Position numbers and translations under genes: made by a program. Below, one piece after another: positions 29,606 through 37,701 of a stretch of 64,000 nucleotides of DNA. Within the stretch, counting starts at the first letter, position 1. Each line of letters opens with the position of its first letter. Source of the DNA: an uncultured Spirochaetota bacterium. Lineage in GTDB: Bacteria; Spirochaetota; Spirochaetia; SZUA-6; Fen-1364. The stretch is from positions 286,923 through 350,922 of the forward strand of contig CAVQAA010000010.1 of assembly GCA_963710335.1 (NCBI GenBank), written 5' to 3'. The notes beneath the pieces are model-generated. The model made no database searches. It saw only the letters and a list, made by a program, of their open reading frames with translations, and had not been told where the DNA came from.

Positions 29606-30015
29606 GCCTGCCGGAGCCGATTCTGAGACTCATCCTGGCGGCGGCCATCATCGCAGTCTCCCTTGCCGCGTGGGCCCTCGTGAGAGCCGTGGTTCTGGCC
29701 AGGGCAAGACGGGGCTCCGCCGGCCTTTCGGTTTTTCGTCCCGGCCTGCCGGGAATTCTTTACTTCACCACCCCGGATTGCATCACCTGCAAGGCGGCTC
29801 AACGTCCGGCGCTGAAAGACGTGGAAAAACGGCTTGAGGGCAGAGTCCAGGTGATCGAGGTCGATGCGGTTGACCAACCTGGCCTGGCAAAACAATGGAG
29901 CGTCCTGAGCGTGCCCACCACTTTCATCCTGGACCGTGACGGAACGCCGCGCCAGGTCAATCACGGCTTCGCCTCCACCGCGAAGCTGCTGAGCCAGTTG
30001 CAGAAGGTGGGCTGA
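29602..30015 (+). CDS. Membrane-anchored thioredoxin-family protein
   Basis: N-terminal TM, FTTPDCITC, SVPTT. ATGA coupling to the DUF4395 gene. Confidence 0.85.
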   Translation: MSLPEPILRLILAAAIIAVSLAAWALVRAVVLARARRGSAGLSVFRPGLPGILYFTTPDCITCKAAQRPALKDVEKRLEGRVQVIEVDAVDQPGLAKQWSVLSVPTTFILDRDGTPRQVNHGFASTAKLLSQLQKVG

Positions 30016-30046
30016 ACCGGCCGAACCGCCGCGGGCGAAAACTGCC

Positions 30047-30478
30047 TCAAATCTGGTAGTTGAGAATGCCCTCGCGCGCCCCTCGAAGCAGGGAATCCAG
30101 GGTTATCTTTTCCAACGCATCGTTCACTGCTTTTTCCAGGGTTCCCCACACTGAGTCAGCGGGGTGCATATACCCCGCATCGGCCCCTCGAGGCCCGCGC
30201 GGGTTTCCTGTTGCCGATATGTCCCCCTCGAGGGTCTGCACGATCTCGCGAAGCGTGATTGCGCGAGGATCCCGGGCAAGTGAATAGCCTCCGTGAGCCC
30301 CGCGAAAAGAGGTTACGAGGCTCACCCCGCGCAGGGGAATGACGAGCTTGCTGAGATATTTCTCGGATATTCCGTGAGTCTTTGCTATGTCCTTGAGGAA
30401 GACCGGCTCTCCCCCGTAGCGCAGGGCGAGCTCATACATGATCTTGAGCCCGTATTTGCTCCTCGTTGAAACGAGCAT
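30047..30478 (-). CDS. Rrf2-family regulator without cysteines (CymR-like)
   Basis: STRSKYGL, ISEKYL, RGAHGGYSLA. No Cys. Ends NYQI. Confidence 0.9.
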   Translation of the reverse strand: MLVSTRSKYGLKIMYELALRYGGEPVFLKDIAKTHGISEKYLSKLVIPLRGVSLVTSFRGAHGGYSLARDPRAITLREIVQTLEGDISATGNPRGPRGADAGYMHPADSVWGTLEKAVNDALEKITLDSLLRGAREGILNYQI

Positions 30479-30498
30479 GTCACTTTTACCCGGTGAAA

Positions 30499-30527
30499 AG
30501 GATAGCGTGCGGCGAAGCAGGAGTCAA
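30499..30527 (-). promoter_or_regulatory. sigma70 promoter of the Cys-less Rrf2 gene
   Basis: Minus strand TTGACT-N17-TATCCT. Confidence 0.6.
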
Positions 30528-30544
30528 CGAAGCTGCCTCCGAGG

Positions 30545-31745
30545 CAGCGTTCTCAGTTGAACTCTCTAAATAATTAAATGGTAGCCCTTTGTCTTGAGAG
30601 TGTTGATGTCTTCGTTTTCGATCTTCCAGCGCGTGCGCGCCGCCCGCATCAGCTCTTCTACATTCTGCTCGCTTACCTCATGACTGCCGATGCAGGCGGT
30701 ATGGAAGCTCGTTTTTCCATCCTCGCCGCTGATACTCAGCTCAGCCCAATTGACGTTGAGGCTGTCATCGGAGTTCCGCAGCCGCACGCCGTTTGCCCAG
30801 CGGTAGCGCCAACTCTGGTGCTTGCGCCCTGTCCAGTTTCGACGCTCCAGCCTGTGCACCTCACCGAGTTTGTCCAGGGAGCCGATCTCCTCGTACAAGT
30901 AGCGCTGTGAATCCTCTTTGGCAGTGAACAGGTAGCCCATGTCCGCATCCAAGACCTCCTGGATCAAAGGCTGTGTTGCGTACAGGGCGTCGCCCAACAG
31001 TGTGATGTCCAAGTCGCTGTAGAGGGGGGCGATCTCTGTAAGCCATCGGTGCGCCGCCCGTTGTTCGCAGTCTTGCTTGTCCGTGCCGTCCTGCGGGCGG
31101 ATAAACTCAGGCTGTAACGGGATGACGTGGGGCACCCCAGGAGCCACTACCGCCGCCATCACGACACTGTGTGTATACAGTGTGCGTCCGTCCTTGTGCC
31201 GCGCTACGCTGCATTGATCGCAGTGCAATTTCTCGGAACTGAAGTACCCTGTGCCATCCAGAGCCACCAACAAGGTGTTGCCCAAGGAACGGAACTTCTC
31301 CAGCGCTTTCTCCTTGATCAGATACTCGCTTGTCTGCTGGAACACAGGCCGCAGCAACTGTGGGTCCACCGCGTCCAGGTGAGCGCGGATATGGTTGTCG
31401 CTGGGTAAACGTTCCACACCAAAGAGCGTACGGCCGTTGTTGCGACCCTGCGCCTGCTCCATGAGCTGTTGGTGGGCGAGAAACGAGGGGCTTTGGCAGA
31501 AGAAAACGCCGAAGGCACCTCGGGCAATATCCATGATCGAGTACTGACGGTTCTTTCCCTGCCGTTGGTCTGGAAAGGTCGCAATGGCGCTTCCAAGGAA
31601 GTCCAGCAGCTTCTGGTAGACCCCCTCTTTCTCTACCGTCACTGGGGCCATAGTAGCGCCCAGCCATCCACAAGTCTAGTACTAGACGGATGTTACCGGC
31701 ATCTCCCTGGATAGCTAACCTCAAGGTTCAAACTGAGAACTGCTG
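30545..31745 (-). mobile_element. ISNCY-like insertion sequence, 1201 bp, with terminal IRs and a 9-bp target duplication
   Basis: Left end CAGCGTTCTCAGTTGAAC versus reverse complement of right end CAGCAGTTCTCAGTTTGAAC. CCTCCGAGG direct repeat at 30536-30544 and 31746-31754. Confidence 0.9.
30566..31651 (-). CDS. ISNCY-family DDE transposase, probably C-terminally truncated
   Basis: FPDQRQGKN, QSPSFL, PSDNHIR, ALDGTGYFSS..C..C, KQDCE, LGDALY, RTRWKIEN..NTLKTKGYHL followed by an abrupt stop. Confidence 0.88.
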   Translation of the reverse strand: MAPVTVEKEGVYQKLLDFLGSAIATFPDQRQGKNRQYSIMDIARGAFGVFFCQSPSFLAHQQLMEQAQGRNNGRTLFGVERLPSDNHIRAHLDAVDPQLLRPVFQQTSEYLIKEKALEKFRSLGNTLLVALDGTGYFSSEKLHCDQCSVARHKDGRTLYTHSVVMAAVVAPGVPHVIPLQPEFIRPQDGTDKQDCEQRAAHRWLTEIAPLYSDLDITLLGDALYATQPLIQEVLDADMGYLFTAKEDSQRYLYEEIGSLDKLGEVHRLERRNWTGRKHQSWRYRWANGVRLRNSDDSLNVNWAELSISGEDGKTSFHTACIGSHEVSEQNVEELMRAARTRWKIENEDINTLKTKGYHLII

Positions 31746-31816
31746 CCTCCGAGGGGAAGGCTTTACCAGGCAGCCGTTTGCGTTATACCCTGACGTCTAT
31801 TAAGGAGGAAGTAGCC

Positions 31817-32674
31817 ATGAATAAGAAGCGTTTTCTTCTTGCAGCCGGGCTGTTTCTTGCCGTCGCCGCCGCCGCGCTTGCCGAAGATCCCTGGATGGTC
31901 CTGCCCCCGACACCCACTCTGCCTGTTCCTGCAAGGAGCGGCTATGCCCCAGTCAACAGCGTGAAAATCTGGTATGCAGAGTTCGGCAGTGGCGCCCCGG
32001 TGGTCCTGCTGCACGGCGGCCTGGCCAACTCGAACTACTGGGGATACCAGGTGCGGGCTTTGTCGGACCGCTATCGTGTGATCGTCATGGACAGCCGGGG
32101 CCATGGCCGCAGCACCCGCGACGACAGACCGTTCGGCTATGACCTCATGGCATCAGACGTGATCGCCCTCATGGACTTCCTGAAAGTGCAGAAAGCGGCC
32201 ATCGTGGGATGGAGCGACGGCGCAATCCTTGGTCTTGATATTGCGATCAATCACCCGGAGCGGATCACGAAGCTCTTCGCATTCGCAGCCAACTCCGACC
32301 CCAGCGGCGTTGCCGACATTGGCCAGAGCGTGGTTTTCAACGCGTACATTGCCAGGGCGGAAAAGGAATACCAGAAGCTCTCACCCACTCCCACTCAGTA
32401 CAAGGAGTTCCTGGACCAGATAGGGAAGATGTGGGAGACCCAGCCCAATTTCACCAGGGAGCAGCTGAAGGGGATTCGCGTTCCCACCTGGATAGTGGAC
32501 GCGGATCACGATGAGGCCATCAAGCGGGAGAACACGGAGTTCATGGCCGCGCAGATCCCCGGCGCCGGCCTCCTCATCCAGCCCGGAGTGAGCCATTTCT
32601 CGTTCCTCCAGGACCCGCAGCAATTCAACGACGAGGTTCTGCATTTCTTGAGCTTTGTCCCGGTCATGCCCTGA
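31817..32674 (+). CDS. Exported alpha/beta hydrolase
   Basis: Signal peptide, LHGG, DSRGHGRS, GWSDG nucleophile elbow, HF. SD AAGGAGG. Confidence 0.9.
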   Translation: MNKKRFLLAAGLFLAVAAAALAEDPWMVLPPTPTLPVPARSGYAPVNSVKIWYAEFGSGAPVVLLHGGLANSNYWGYQVRALSDRYRVIVMDSRGHGRSTRDDRPFGYDLMASDVIALMDFLKVQKAAIVGWSDGAILGLDIAINHPERITKLFAFAANSDPSGVADIGQSVVFNAYIARAEKEYQKLSPTPTQYKEFLDQIGKMWETQPNFTREQLKGIRVPTWIVDADHDEAIKRENTEFMAAQIPGAGLLIQPGVSHFSFLQDPQQFNDEVLHFLSFVPVMP

Positions 32675-32698
32675 GGGGGGGAACTTTCAGTCGCGCCC

Positions 32699-32746
32699 TG
32701 CAGGGGAGCGGCCGTTTTCGGCCATCCCCTGCATTTACTACTTTTT
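32699..32746 (+). terminator. Putative intrinsic terminator
   Basis: TGCAGGGGA..GGCCG-TTTT-CGGCC..TCCCCTGCA stem followed by a T-rich tract. Confidence 0.55.
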
Positions 32747-32749
32747 CAA

Positions 32750-32818
32750 TTGACAAATCTCAGTCCAAGTGAAATTATACTACTAATACTATAGACATTG
32801 TAGTGATTCGTCACTACA
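32750..32818 (+). promoter_or_regulatory. metY promoter region with putative Rrf2 operator 2
   Basis: TTGACA at 32750. ACTAC-N16-GTAGT at 32779-32804. Hairpin TGTAGTGA-TTCG-TCACTACA at 32799-32818. Confidence 0.65.
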
Positions 32819-32832
32819 GATAAGGAGAGGGT

Positions 32833-34128
32833 ATGGGCGACAATAAAAGCTATAAGTTCGAGACTCTGGCGCTCCATGGAGGCCAGGTCGTGGATCCTGC
32901 GACGACATCGCGCGGCGTGCCCATCTATAGGACGAGCTCCTACGTATTCCCGACAACCGAGAGGGCGGCCAATCTCTTTGCCCTGAAGGAGCTGGGCAAC
33001 ATCTACAGCAGGATCATGAACCCCACCCAGGACGTTCTGGAGCAGCGCGTTTCCCTGCTGGAAAACGGTGCCGCATCCGTCGCGTTTGCCTCAGGCACTG
33101 CGGCTATCTTCAACGCCATCGTGACAATCATGTGCCAGGGTGATGAGATCGTTTCCGCCAGCAACCTCTACGGCGGCACGTACACGATGTTCGACGCCAT
33201 CCTGCCCACCCTCGGCATCACCGTGAAATTCGTGAAGCACGATAACCCGAAGAACTTCGAAAAGGCGATAACGCCCAAGACACGGGCCTTGTTCATCGAG
33301 ACCATTGGCAATCCCGTTCTTGATTTTACCGACATTGCAGAGGTGGCGAAGGTGGCCCATGCGCATGGGCTTCCCCTCATCGTGGATGCGACTTTCACCA
33401 CTCCGTACCTGTTGAAGACCATCGACCACGGCGCCGATATCGTCATCAACTCCCTGACCAAATGGATGGGTGGACACGGCACCGCGATCGGCGGAATCGT
33501 GACCGATGCGGCCCGGTTCAACTGGAAAGACAGCAAGTTCAAGCTTTTCAACGATCCGGACCCCAACTACCACGGCCTGAGGTGGGCGCATGACCTGCCT
33601 GCCCCGCTGGCGCCAGTGGCTTTTGCGCTGCGGCTCCGCACGGTTCCCCTTCGCAATCTTGGCGCATGCACGTCCCCTGACAACGCGTGGATATTCCTCC
33701 AGGGGATCGAATCCCTTCCCGTCCGCATGGAGCGGCATTGCACAAACGCCCTTGCGGTGGCCCAGTGGCTGAAAAAGCACCCCAAGGTGGAATGGCTGCG
33801 CTACCCCGGCCTCCCGGAAGACCCGACGTATACGGTGGCAAGCAAGTATTTGAAGAAGGGCTTCGGCGGCATGGTGGTGTTCGGAATCAAGGGCGGGAAA
33901 GCGGCGGGAGAGAAGTTCATCAACAGCCTCAAATTGTTCTCCCATCTTGCCAACGTGGGAGACGCAAAGAGCCTGGCCTTGCACCCGGCAAGCACTTCGC
34001 ATTCGCAGCTTAGCGAGGAACAGCAGCGTGAGAGCGGGCTGACCCCTGAGCTGGTGCGCCTGTCCATCGGTCTGGAGCACGTGGACGACATCAAGGAAGA
34101 TATTGAACAGGCCCTGAAACAAGGCTGA
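32833..34128 (+). CDS. metY: O-acetylhomoserine aminocarboxypropyltransferase (sulfhydrylase)
   Basis: [50 protein letters not shown]. Confidence 0.95.
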   Translation: MGDNKSYKFETLALHGGQVVDPATTSRGVPIYRTSSYVFPTTERAANLFALKELGNIYSRIMNPTQDVLEQRVSLLENGAASVAFASGTAAIFNAIVTIMCQGDEIVSASNLYGGTYTMFDAILPTLGITVKFVKHDNPKNFEKAITPKTRALFIETIGNPVLDFTDIAEVAKVAHAHGLPLIVDATFTTPYLLKTIDHGADIVINSLTKWMGGHGTAIGGIVTDAARFNWKDSKFKLFNDPDPNYHGLRWAHDLPAPLAPVAFALRLRTVPLRNLGACTSPDNAWIFLQGIESLPVRMERHCTNALAVAQWLKKHPKVEWLRYPGLPEDPTYTVASKYLKKGFGGMVVFGIKGGKAAGEKFINSLKLFSHLANVGDAKSLALHPASTSHSQLSEEQQRESGLTPELVRLSIGLEHVDDIKEDIEQALKQG

Positions 34129-34141
34129 GGAGAGAAAAGGC

Positions 34142-35071
34142 ATGAATATCAAAGGGAATGTCCTGGAGTTGATCGGCAACACTCCCCTGGTCAGATTGAA
34201 CCGGGTGAACGAAGGCTCGAAAGCGGATGTCGTCGCAAAGCTTGAATCTCACAACCCGCTTGCCAGCGTGAAAGACAGGATTGCGCTGGCCATGATCGAG
34301 GACGCGGAGAAGCGCGGCCTCCTGAAAAAGGGAAGCGTCATCGTGGAGCCCACCAGCGGGAACACGGGCATCGGGCTGGCGTATGTCGCCGCGGTCAAAG
34401 GATACCGATGCATCCTGACCATGCCGGAGAGCATGAGCGTTGAGCGACGCAAGCTCTTGAAGGTCTTCGGCGCGGAAGTGGTCCTGACACCGGCGCCTCG
34501 CGGCATGGGAGGAGCAATCGAAAAAGCCCGGGAGATCCTGGACGCCACCCCGGATTCCTTCATGCCCCAGCAGTTCGAGAACCCGGCCAACCCGGAGGTC
34601 CACCGCAAGACCACCGCTGAGGAAATCTGGAAAGACACCGAAGGCAAGGTGGACATCCTGGTGTGCGGTGTGGGCACGGGAGGAACCATCACGGGGGTGT
34701 CCGAGTTCATCAAGAAAAGGAAGAAGGATTTTCGGTCCATAGCCGTGGAGCCGTCCAAGTCCCCTGTCCTCTCCGGCGGAAGCCCGTCCCCCCACAGGAT
34801 CCAGGGCATCGGCGCCGGGTTCGTGCCGGGCGTGTACAACAAAAGCCTGGTCGATGAAATCATCAAGGTGGACGATGAGGACGCGGGAAAGACCGCGCGC
34901 AGGCTTGCAAAAGAGGAAGGCATCCTGGTGGGCATATCTTCAGGCGCCGCGGCGTGGGCCGCGCTGGAGGTGGCAAAGCGCCGGGAAAGCGCCGGCAAGC
35001 TGATTGTGGTGGTGCTGCCGGACACCGGGGAACGGTACCTGAGCACCTGGCTGTTCGAGGACGGCGCCTGA
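34142..35071 (+). CDS. cysK: Cysteine synthase A
   Basis: [50 protein letters not shown]. Confidence 0.97.
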   Translation: MNIKGNVLELIGNTPLVRLNRVNEGSKADVVAKLESHNPLASVKDRIALAMIEDAEKRGLLKKGSVIVEPTSGNTGIGLAYVAAVKGYRCILTMPESMSVERRKLLKVFGAEVVLTPAPRGMGGAIEKAREILDATPDSFMPQQFENPANPEVHRKTTAEEIWKDTEGKVDILVCGVGTGGTITGVSEFIKKRKKDFRSIAVEPSKSPVLSGGSPSPHRIQGIGAGFVPGVYNKSLVDEIIKVDDEDAGKTARRLAKEEGILVGISSGAAAWAALEVAKRRESAGKLIVVVLPDTGERYLSTWLFEDGA

Positions 35072-35074
35072 AAC

Positions 35075-35551
35075 ATGCCTTTCCAGATGTCCACGCGGGG
35101 CCGCTACGGGGTAAGGCTCATGGTGGCCCTTGCGCTGGCCTACGGCGGCAGGTCCAGCCTGCTCAAGGACATTGCCCGGCGTGAAGGGATATCGGAAAAG
35201 TACCTCGGCCAGATCGTCATTCCGTTGAAGACGGGAGGGCTTGTGGTCGCCCAGCGCGGCTCCCACGGGGGGTATTCACTTGCGCGGCCCCCGGAGGATA
35301 TAACGGTGCGTGATGTCGTTGAGGCCATCGAAGGCCGCATCGCCCTGGCGCCGTGCACCGGAGAGGCTGCCTCGGACCCGGAATGCATTGAAAGCCCGTC
35401 CGCGTGCGAGCGGGCAACCACGTGCGTCGTGACGCGCGTGTGGAAGAAGCTCCAGGAGGACATCGAGGAATCCCTGGCCTCCTTCACCCTGGCCGGCCTT
35501 GCGCGGCAGGCGCGGGAGCTGGAGGAAAGGTCCTCGAACTACGTGATCTGA
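35075..35551 (+). CDS. Rrf2-family regulator with four cysteines (IscR-like, potential Fe-S)
   Basis: STRGRYGVR, ISEKYL, RGSHGGYSLA, C-x8-C-x6-C-x5-C. Ends NYVI. Confidence 0.9.
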   Translation: MPFQMSTRGRYGVRLMVALALAYGGRSSLLKDIARREGISEKYLGQIVIPLKTGGLVVAQRGSHGGYSLARPPEDITVRDVVEAIEGRIALAPCTGEAASDPECIESPSACERATTCVVTRVWKKLQEDIEESLASFTLAGLARQARELEERSSNYVI

Positions 35552-35567
35552 CGGAGGTGCCTCGCCC

Positions 35568-36641
35568 ATGAAGAGGCGTGTGGTCGTTGGCCTGAGCGGG
35601 GGCGTGGACTCCTCCGTGGCCGCTTACCTGCTCAAGCAGGCGGGCCACGAGGTTGTCGGCGTCACCATGATGATATATTCCGGCACCCGGCCGGGAGTGC
35701 CGGGGGTGGATTCCTGCTACAGCCCCGGAGAAGGGGCGGACGTCGAGTACGCTGAATCAGTGTGCCGCACGCTGGGGATCCCGTACCGCACGCTGGATCT
35801 GAAAAAGGAGTTTCGCGCCTGGGTGCTGGACTATGCCCGCTCTGAATATCTTGCCGGCAGGACCCCCAACCCCTGCGTCCGCTGCAACCAGCTCGTGAAG
35901 TTCGGGCTCCTGGTGGACCGTCTCTCGCAGACGGCGGGGCTGGACTTCGACTCATTTGCCACGGGCCACTACTGCAGGGTTTTCCAGACCCCTGAGACCG
36001 GCCGGTTCGGCCTCCAGAAAGCCGCGGACCCGCTGAAGGACCAGTCGTATTTCCTCTGCATGCTCTCCCAGGAGCAGCTCTCACGGATCCTGTTCCCCCT
36101 GGGTACCTTTGCAAAGGCCGAGGTGCGAAGGATTGCGCGCGAGGCCGGTCTTTCCACCCACGACAGGCCGGAGAGCCAGGACTTTGCCGCCGGCGGTTAC
36201 CGGGAGGTCCTGGAGGCGCAGGAGAACGCGGGCCGCATCGTTGACCAGGACGGGAATGTGATCGGCTCCCATCGGGGGATCTGGGGCTACACGATCGGTC
36301 AGCGAAAAGGGCTTGGGGTCGGCGGTGGGGAGCCGCTGTACGTGACTGAGATCGACGCGAAAACCAACACGATCGTCGCGGGCCCCGAAACGCGACTGTA
36401 CCGCACCCGCCTTTCCGTCGGGTCGGTGAACTGGGTGAGCCGTGAGCGGCCCGAGGGCCCCATCAGGGTCGGCGCACGGATCCGCTATCGCAACCTCGAA
36501 GCGCCCGCGGTCGTTACCCCGCTGTCGGACGGCGGGGTAACGGTGGAGTTTGACCAGCCGCAGCGCGCGGTTGCGCGCGGCCAGATGGCCGTTTTTTATG
36601 ACGGAGACGTGCTCCTGGGCGGAGGCGCCATAGACGAATGA
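35568..36641 (+). CDS. mnmA: MnmA-family tRNA 2-thiouridylase (atypical cysteine pattern)
   Basis: GLSGGVDSSV, TPNPCVRCN, ATGHY, KDQSYFL, YTIGQRKGL. Has ESQDF in place of the usual ..ICF. Confidence 0.9.
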   Translation: MKRRVVVGLSGGVDSSVAAYLLKQAGHEVVGVTMMIYSGTRPGVPGVDSCYSPGEGADVEYAESVCRTLGIPYRTLDLKKEFRAWVLDYARSEYLAGRTPNPCVRCNQLVKFGLLVDRLSQTAGLDFDSFATGHYCRVFQTPETGRFGLQKAADPLKDQSYFLCMLSQEQLSRILFPLGTFAKAEVRRIAREAGLSTHDRPESQDFAAGGYREVLEAQENAGRIVDQDGNVIGSHRGIWGYTIGQRKGLGVGGGEPLYVTEIDAKTNTIVAGPETRLYRTRLSVGSVNWVSRERPEGPIRVGARIRYRNLEAPAVVTPLSDGGVTVEFDQPQRAVARGQMAVFYDGDVLLGGGAIDE

Positions 36642-37684
36642 GCATGGAGCGCGACGCAGCCGCGGATCTTCGCCGCTACTCGCGGCAGGTCCTGCTTCCC
36701 AAGATCGGTGCCGAAGGGCAGCGTCGGCTGGGAAGCTCCCGCGTGGTTGTGATGGGCGTGGGCGCCCTGGGGACCGCGCTTGCCTCCCTGATGGTGAGGG
36801 CGGGCTGCGGGACCGTGCGCCTGGTGGACCGCGACTTCATTGAGCTGGACAATCTGCAGCGTCAAACCCTCTTCGATGAGCAGGACATATCCGCGGGCCT
36901 GCCCAAAGCGGTGGCAGCGGCGGAAAAACTCCGCCGCGCCAACACCAGCGTGACGGTGGAGCCCATCGTGGCTGACGTGACGCCGGCCAACATCCTGCAG
37001 CTCATCCAGGGATGTCATGCCGTCCTGGACGGCCTTGACAACGTTGAGACGCGCCTCCTCCTGAATGACGCATGCCTGAAGACGGGCGTGCCGTGGGTCT
37101 ACGGCGCGGCAATCGGCATGACGGGAGCAACCATGCCTTTCATTCCCGGGCAGGGACCATGCTTTCGCTGCATCGTTCCCACGCAGCCCGCCCCCGGCGC
37201 CCTTCCCACGTGTGAGACTGCCGGAGTTCTGGGCACCGTGCCCCAGATAGTCGCGGCTTTCCAGGTCACCGAGGCAATCAAGCTTCTGACGGGCCATGAA
37301 GCCGACATCGTGCCCCAGATGAGATACGTGGACGCCTGGGCAGGGACCGTCGAGGCGCTGGACATTCGCAAGGGCGGGGAACCCTGCCCGGCGTGCGACC
37401 AGTCCCGGTTCGAGTTCCTGGAGGAGCGCAAAGCAGGTGGGAGCGCGAAGATGTGCGGCCGCACTGCCGTCCAGGTGGATCCGGGGAAAGTGGCAAGCCC
37501 TGATTTCCAGGCGCTCTCGGCAAGGCTTTCGGCGCTCGGGGAGGTCAGCTTCAACGCTTACATGCTCAGGTTCCGAACGGCGGAGAAGGAGATCGTTCTT
37601 TTTCCCGACGGACGGGCCATCATCAAGGGAACCGGGGACGAATCCGCCGCCCGGGCCCTTTACTCCCGCTTCATCGGTGCCTGA
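36638..37684 (+). CDS. ThiF/MoeB-family adenylyltransferase
   Basis: RYSRQ, GVGALG, DRDFIELDNLQRQ, PCFRC, PTCETAG, CPAC, FPDGRAIIKGT tail. Confidence 0.92.
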   Translation: MSMERDAAADLRRYSRQVLLPKIGAEGQRRLGSSRVVVMGVGALGTALASLMVRAGCGTVRLVDRDFIELDNLQRQTLFDEQDISAGLPKAVAAAEKLRRANTSVTVEPIVADVTPANILQLIQGCHAVLDGLDNVETRLLLNDACLKTGVPWVYGAAIGMTGATMPFIPGQGPCFRCIVPTQPAPGALPTCETAGVLGTVPQIVAAFQVTEAIKLLTGHEADIVPQMRYVDAWAGTVEALDIRKGGEPCPACDQSRFEFLEERKAGGSAKMCGRTAVQVDPGKVASPDFQALSARLSALGEVSFNAYMLRFRTAEKEIVLFPDGRAIIKGTGDESAARALYSRFIGA

Positions 37685-37701
37685 CAGCGGAAAAGGCGCT
37701 C

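Noticed and set aside
32675-32832. SAM riboswitch or T-box upstream of metY (also considered for metA, metG and valS)
   Set aside because: No recognisable conserved elements. The leaders are too short and the large hairpin lies upstream of the -35 box.
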